DNA of 30,838 bases from an uncultured Eubacteriales bacterium (GTDB lineage Bacteria; Bacillota; Clostridia; Oscillospirales; Acutalibacteraceae), in the NCBI GenBank assembly GCA_964369305.1, contig CAYJFG010000009.1:1-30838 (forward strand), in the 5' to 3' direction. The notes under the pieces are model-generated. The model searched no databases. It was not told the origin of the DNA and saw only the letters and a list, made by a program, of their open reading frames with translations. The position numbers were made by a program, and so were the translations under genes. Each line of letters opens with the position of its first letter. Within the stretch, counting starts at the first letter, position 1. Of this stretch, positions 27,568 through 30,838 are shown in pieces.

Positions 27568-27626
27568 AAAGCAAACAGTTTTAGATGGGTTGAAATATGT
27601 CGAACCTGTTAGCTGTTTGCTTTTTT
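27568..27626 (+). terminator. Intra-operon stem-loop or terminator after the SBP gene
   Basis: AAAGCAAACAGTT / AGCTGTTTGCTTT stem plus a T-run. Confidence 0.75.
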
Positions 27627-27642
27627 ATTTTATATAAAGGAA

Positions 27643-28365
27643 GTGATTTTATTGGATATGATATTTGAATGGCTTACACAGCTTGCCCAAAGTTTTAATT
27701 TTAATTTTATTGAAGATGACAGATGGAAATATATAGTAGACGGATTAATAACAACACTCGTTATTAGTTTTTTTGCCGTTATTTTTGGTACGCTTTTAGG
27801 TTTTATTATAGCGATTATAAGGTCAACGCATGATAAAACAGGTAAAATGAAATTCCCAAATGCAATTTGTAAATTGTACTTAACAGTTATAAGAGGAACA
27901 CCTGTAGTAGTTCAATTGCTTATAATTTACTTTGTAATTTTTGGGTCTGTTAATATTGATAAAGTTTTAGTTGCAGTAATTGCATTTGCTTTAAATTCAG
28001 CAGCGTACGTTGCCGAAATATTCCGTTCTGGAATTATGAGTATTGACAAAGGGCAAATGGAAGCTGGTAGAAGTTTGGGTTTAAGCTATAATCAAACAAT
28101 GATAAAAATTATTTTACCACAAGCGTTAAAAAATGTTTTGCCAGCTCTAGGTAATGAATTTATTGTGCTTTTAAAAGAAACATCAGTTTCAGGTTACATA
28201 GCTATACAAGACTTAACAAAAGGTGGCGACATAATAAGAAGCCGTACATTTGACCCATTTATGCCACTTATTGCAGTTGCTTTAATATATCTTTTAATAG
28301 TAATGATTTTACAATATGGCGTTACAAAACTTGAAAGGAGGCTTGCAAAAAGTGATAGACATTAA
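27643..28365 (+). CDS. Amino-acid ABC transporter permease (HisM/GlnP family)
   Basis: [21 protein letters not shown] and EAA loop [12 protein letters not shown]; true start may be 27652 or 27658. Confidence 0.93.
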   Translation: MILLDMIFEWLTQLAQSFNFNFIEDDRWKYIVDGLITTLVISFFAVIFGTLLGFIIAIIRSTHDKTGKMKFPNAICKLYLTVIRGTPVVVQLLIIYFVIFGSVNIDKVLVAVIAFALNSAAYVAEIFRSGIMSIDKGQMEAGRSLGLSYNQTMIKIILPQALKNVLPALGNEFIVLLKETSVSGYIAIQDLTKGGDIIRSRTFDPFMPLIAVALIYLLIVMILQYGVTKLERRLAKSDRH

Positions 28366-29074
28366 GAACTTACAAAAAGACTTTGGTAAACTAAAAGTTT
28401 TAAATGGAATTGATGAACATATCGCAAAAGGCGAAAAAGTAGTAATTATTGGACCATCAGGCTCAGGAAAAAGTACGTTTTTACGTTGTTTAAATTTGCT
28501 TGAAACTCCAACAGGTGGCGAAATTTGGTTTGAGGGCGAACAAATAAATGCTCCAAAATGTAATATTGACAAGTTACGTCAAAAAATGGGTATGGTGTTT
28601 CAGCACTTTAACTTGTTTCCACATCTAACAATTTTAAAAAATATAACATTAACACCAGTTTCATTAAAATTGCAAACTAAAGAAGAAGCAGAAGAAAATG
28701 CAAGGAAATTACTAAAAAAAATAGGTCTGGCAGATAAAGCAGATGCATTTCCAGCAATGTTATCTGGTGGACAAAAACAAAGGGTTGCTATTGTCCGAGC
28801 GTTAGCAATGAATCCAGATGTAATTTTATTTGATGAGCCAACTTCAGCATTAGATCCTGAAATGGTTGGCGAGGTTTTAAACTTAATGAAATCGCTTGCA
28901 GATGACGGTATGACAATGGTTGTTGTAACTCATGAAATGGGGTTTGCTCGTGAAGTTGGAACTAGAATATTATTTATGGACGGCGGAAAAATAGTTGAAC
29001 AAGGTAAACCAGAAGACATTTTTACAAATCCGCAAAATCATAGAACGAAAGAATTTTTATCGATGGTACTTTAA
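28352..29074 (+). CDS. Amino-acid ABC transporter ATP-binding protein (GlnQ family)
   Basis: [27 protein letters not shown] and VTHEMGFA motifs; GTG start after AAGGAGG. Confidence 0.95.
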   Translation: MIDIKNLQKDFGKLKVLNGIDEHIAKGEKVVIIGPSGSGKSTFLRCLNLLETPTGGEIWFEGEQINAPKCNIDKLRQKMGMVFQHFNLFPHLTILKNITLTPVSLKLQTKEEAEENARKLLKKIGLADKADAFPAMLSGGQKQRVAIVRALAMNPDVILFDEPTSALDPEMVGEVLNLMKSLADDGMTMVVVTHEMGFAREVGTRILFMDGGKIVEQGKPEDIFTNPQNHRTKEFLSMVL

Positions 29075-29104
29075 AATTTTTGATAGAAGAAAAGGAGAAA
29101 AATT

Positions 29105-30751
29105 ATGCTTAAAAGAATATTATGTTTAATTATATCATCATTAATGTGCTTGACGTTACTTGCAAGCTGTCAAGAGCAACCACAGGAGATATTAGCAGTA
29201 GCTTCAACAGATAATTATAGAAACTACTATGAAATTTTTGTTTACTCGTTTGCAGACTCAGACGGCGACGGAATAGGTGACTTTAACGGCGTAACTGAAA
29301 AACTAGACTACTTAAACGATGGTGACCCAAACAGTGGCGATGACTTAGGTATAGACGGTATATGGTTTATGCCAATTATGCCATCACCATCATATCACAA
29401 GTATGATGTAACAGATTATTATGCAGTTCATGAAGAATACGGCACAATGGAAGACTTTGAAAACATGGTTGCAGAGTGCGACAAAAGAGGAATAGACGTT
29501 ATCATAGATTTAGTTCTAAATCACTCATCTTCACAACACCCATGGTTTTTAAGTGCTATAGAAGAGCTACAAGAGGGCAAAACAGACGGTTATGCACAAT
29601 ATTATAGCATACCTATGAATGAAGACGAAAGATCAAGCAATGGCACATATCATATCGTGCCTGGTACTTCATATATCTACGAGGGTAATTTTACTCCTAT
29701 GATGCCTGAACTTAAATTAAGCAATCCAGATGTTAGAGAAGAAATTACAAATATGATGGAGTTCTGGAGCGAAAAGGGAGTTGACGGCTTTAGACTTGAT
29801 GCTGTTAAGTATTTTGACTCAGGCGACACAGACGGCGAAGAATTTATGACATGGCTTTCAAAAACTGCAAAAAGTATTGATGAAGATATGTACATGGTGG
29901 GCGAACTTTGGGACGGTGCAAGCCTTATTGGTGCAGGCTATGAAACAGGTATCGACAGTTTCTTTAACTTCCCATATTCAAACTCAAGTGGCGGTAAAAT
30001 CGCAAGTACATTAAATTCTGGTAACCCAGGGTCTTACTTCTCATCACTACAAGGTTGGAATGAATATATCGACGAAAAAAACACATATAACGATGCTATA
30101 GATGCAGTTTTCCTATCAAACCACGACATGGTAAGAAGTGGAAACGCTTTTAAAAGCGATGCATATAAATCAAAACTAGCAGCTTCGATATATATGCTTT
30201 CTCCAGGTAACTCGTTTATATATTATGGTGAGGAAGTTGGTATTACAAATGTAAACCAAACTGACCCATCTTATAGAACGTCAATTCCATGGTCTTTTGA
30301 GGGTGATGGAAATATGACAGTTTCAGAACCGCCTCCAGGAGTTACTCCAGAGGGTGTTCTAGAGTCAAACCCAGAAAAGAGCGTTGAGGAGCAACAAGCA
30401 GACGATAGCTCGTTAATGCGTCATTATAGTAACCTTATAACTTTAAAACTTCAAAACCCAGAAATACAAAGAGGAACTATTACAGAATTAATCTCTACAG
30501 ATCAAAGAAACGTTTCAGGTGCTTTATTTGAGTATGAAGAAAGTGCAGTAATAGTTTTACACAACTTAGGCGATGAAGAATTTACAGTTGAAGTTACAAG
30601 CGAAAATTACGAATATACTGAAATTAGGGGTCAAGTAACAGCACAAGATCCACTATCAGAAAACGAAGACGGAACACATGAGTTTGCACAAGCTACACTA
30701 GAGGGTACTACACTTACAATACCTGCGTACACATCTGTAGTTTTAAAATAA
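29105..30751 (+). CDS. GH13 alpha-amylase family lipoprotein
   Basis: Lipobox LLASC; DSDGDGIGDF, DLVLNH, GFRLDAVKY, GELW and FLSNHD motifs, with all three catalytic acids present. Confidence 0.92.
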   Translation: MLKRILCLIISSLMCLTLLASCQEQPQEILAVASTDNYRNYYEIFVYSFADSDGDGIGDFNGVTEKLDYLNDGDPNSGDDLGIDGIWFMPIMPSPSYHKYDVTDYYAVHEEYGTMEDFENMVAECDKRGIDVIIDLVLNHSSSQHPWFLSAIEELQEGKTDGYAQYYSIPMNEDERSSNGTYHIVPGTSYIYEGNFTPMMPELKLSNPDVREEITNMMEFWSEKGVDGFRLDAVKYFDSGDTDGEEFMTWLSKTAKSIDEDMYMVGELWDGASLIGAGYETGIDSFFNFPYSNSSGGKIASTLNSGNPGSYFSSLQGWNEYIDEKNTYNDAIDAVFLSNHDMVRSGNAFKSDAYKSKLAASIYMLSPGNSFIYYGEEVGITNVNQTDPSYRTSIPWSFEGDGNMTVSEPPPGVTPEGVLESNPEKSVEEQQADDSSLMRHYSNLITLKLQNPEIQRGTITELISTDQRNVSGALFEYEESAVIVLHNLGDEEFTVEVTSENYEYTEIRGQVTAQDPLSENEDGTHEFAQATLEGTTLTIPAYTSVVLK

Positions 30752-30761
30752 TAAAATAATC

Positions 30762-30798
30762 AAAAAACAGATAGTCTAAATAGACTATCTGTTTTTTT
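30762..30798 (+). terminator. Intrinsic terminator
   Basis: AAAAAACAGATAGTCTA / TAGACTATCTGTTTTTT perfect stem. Confidence 0.92.
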
Positions 30799-30838
30799 CA
30801 CTATTAAAGTAAAATTAGTTGAAATGCATAATAATAAA

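Noticed and set aside
23300..29895. Antisense ORFs at 23300, 24516, 28309 and 29677
   Set aside because: Shadows of cotJB, the 106-aa gene, the ABC ATPase and the amylase.

Overview
AT-rich chromosomal window from a spore-forming clostridial Firmicute (Oscillospiraceae/Ruminococcus-like by gene style; inference). Left part: 3' end of rpoC; an accessory block of two lipoproteins, DUF1653, a catalytically divergent Dcd/dUTPase-fold protein and a 2-TM protein; SAM-I riboswitch-metK-gtrB-like-gtrA-like; a repeat-rich intergenic spacer. Middle part: a minus-strand ddl-murF operon trailed by three zinc-ribbon membrane paralogues; an AlbA_2/RecG-C/HTH gene with an operator-like repeat; a divergent EF-G paralogue; a 2640-aa secreted repeat protein followed by an unannotated 57-aa peptide. 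Right part: cotJABC; an unannotated DUF1540 gene; a polar amino-acid ABC transporter; a GH13 lipoprotein. The most striking unexplained element is a ~1.6-kb ORF-free region (about 25015-26602). It is framed by a perfect rRNA/tRNA-type sigmaA promoter and an intrinsic terminator, is U- and G-skewed, and is densely packed with hairpins, making it a candidate large structured ncRNA. All structure calls were made by eye and need computational confirmation.
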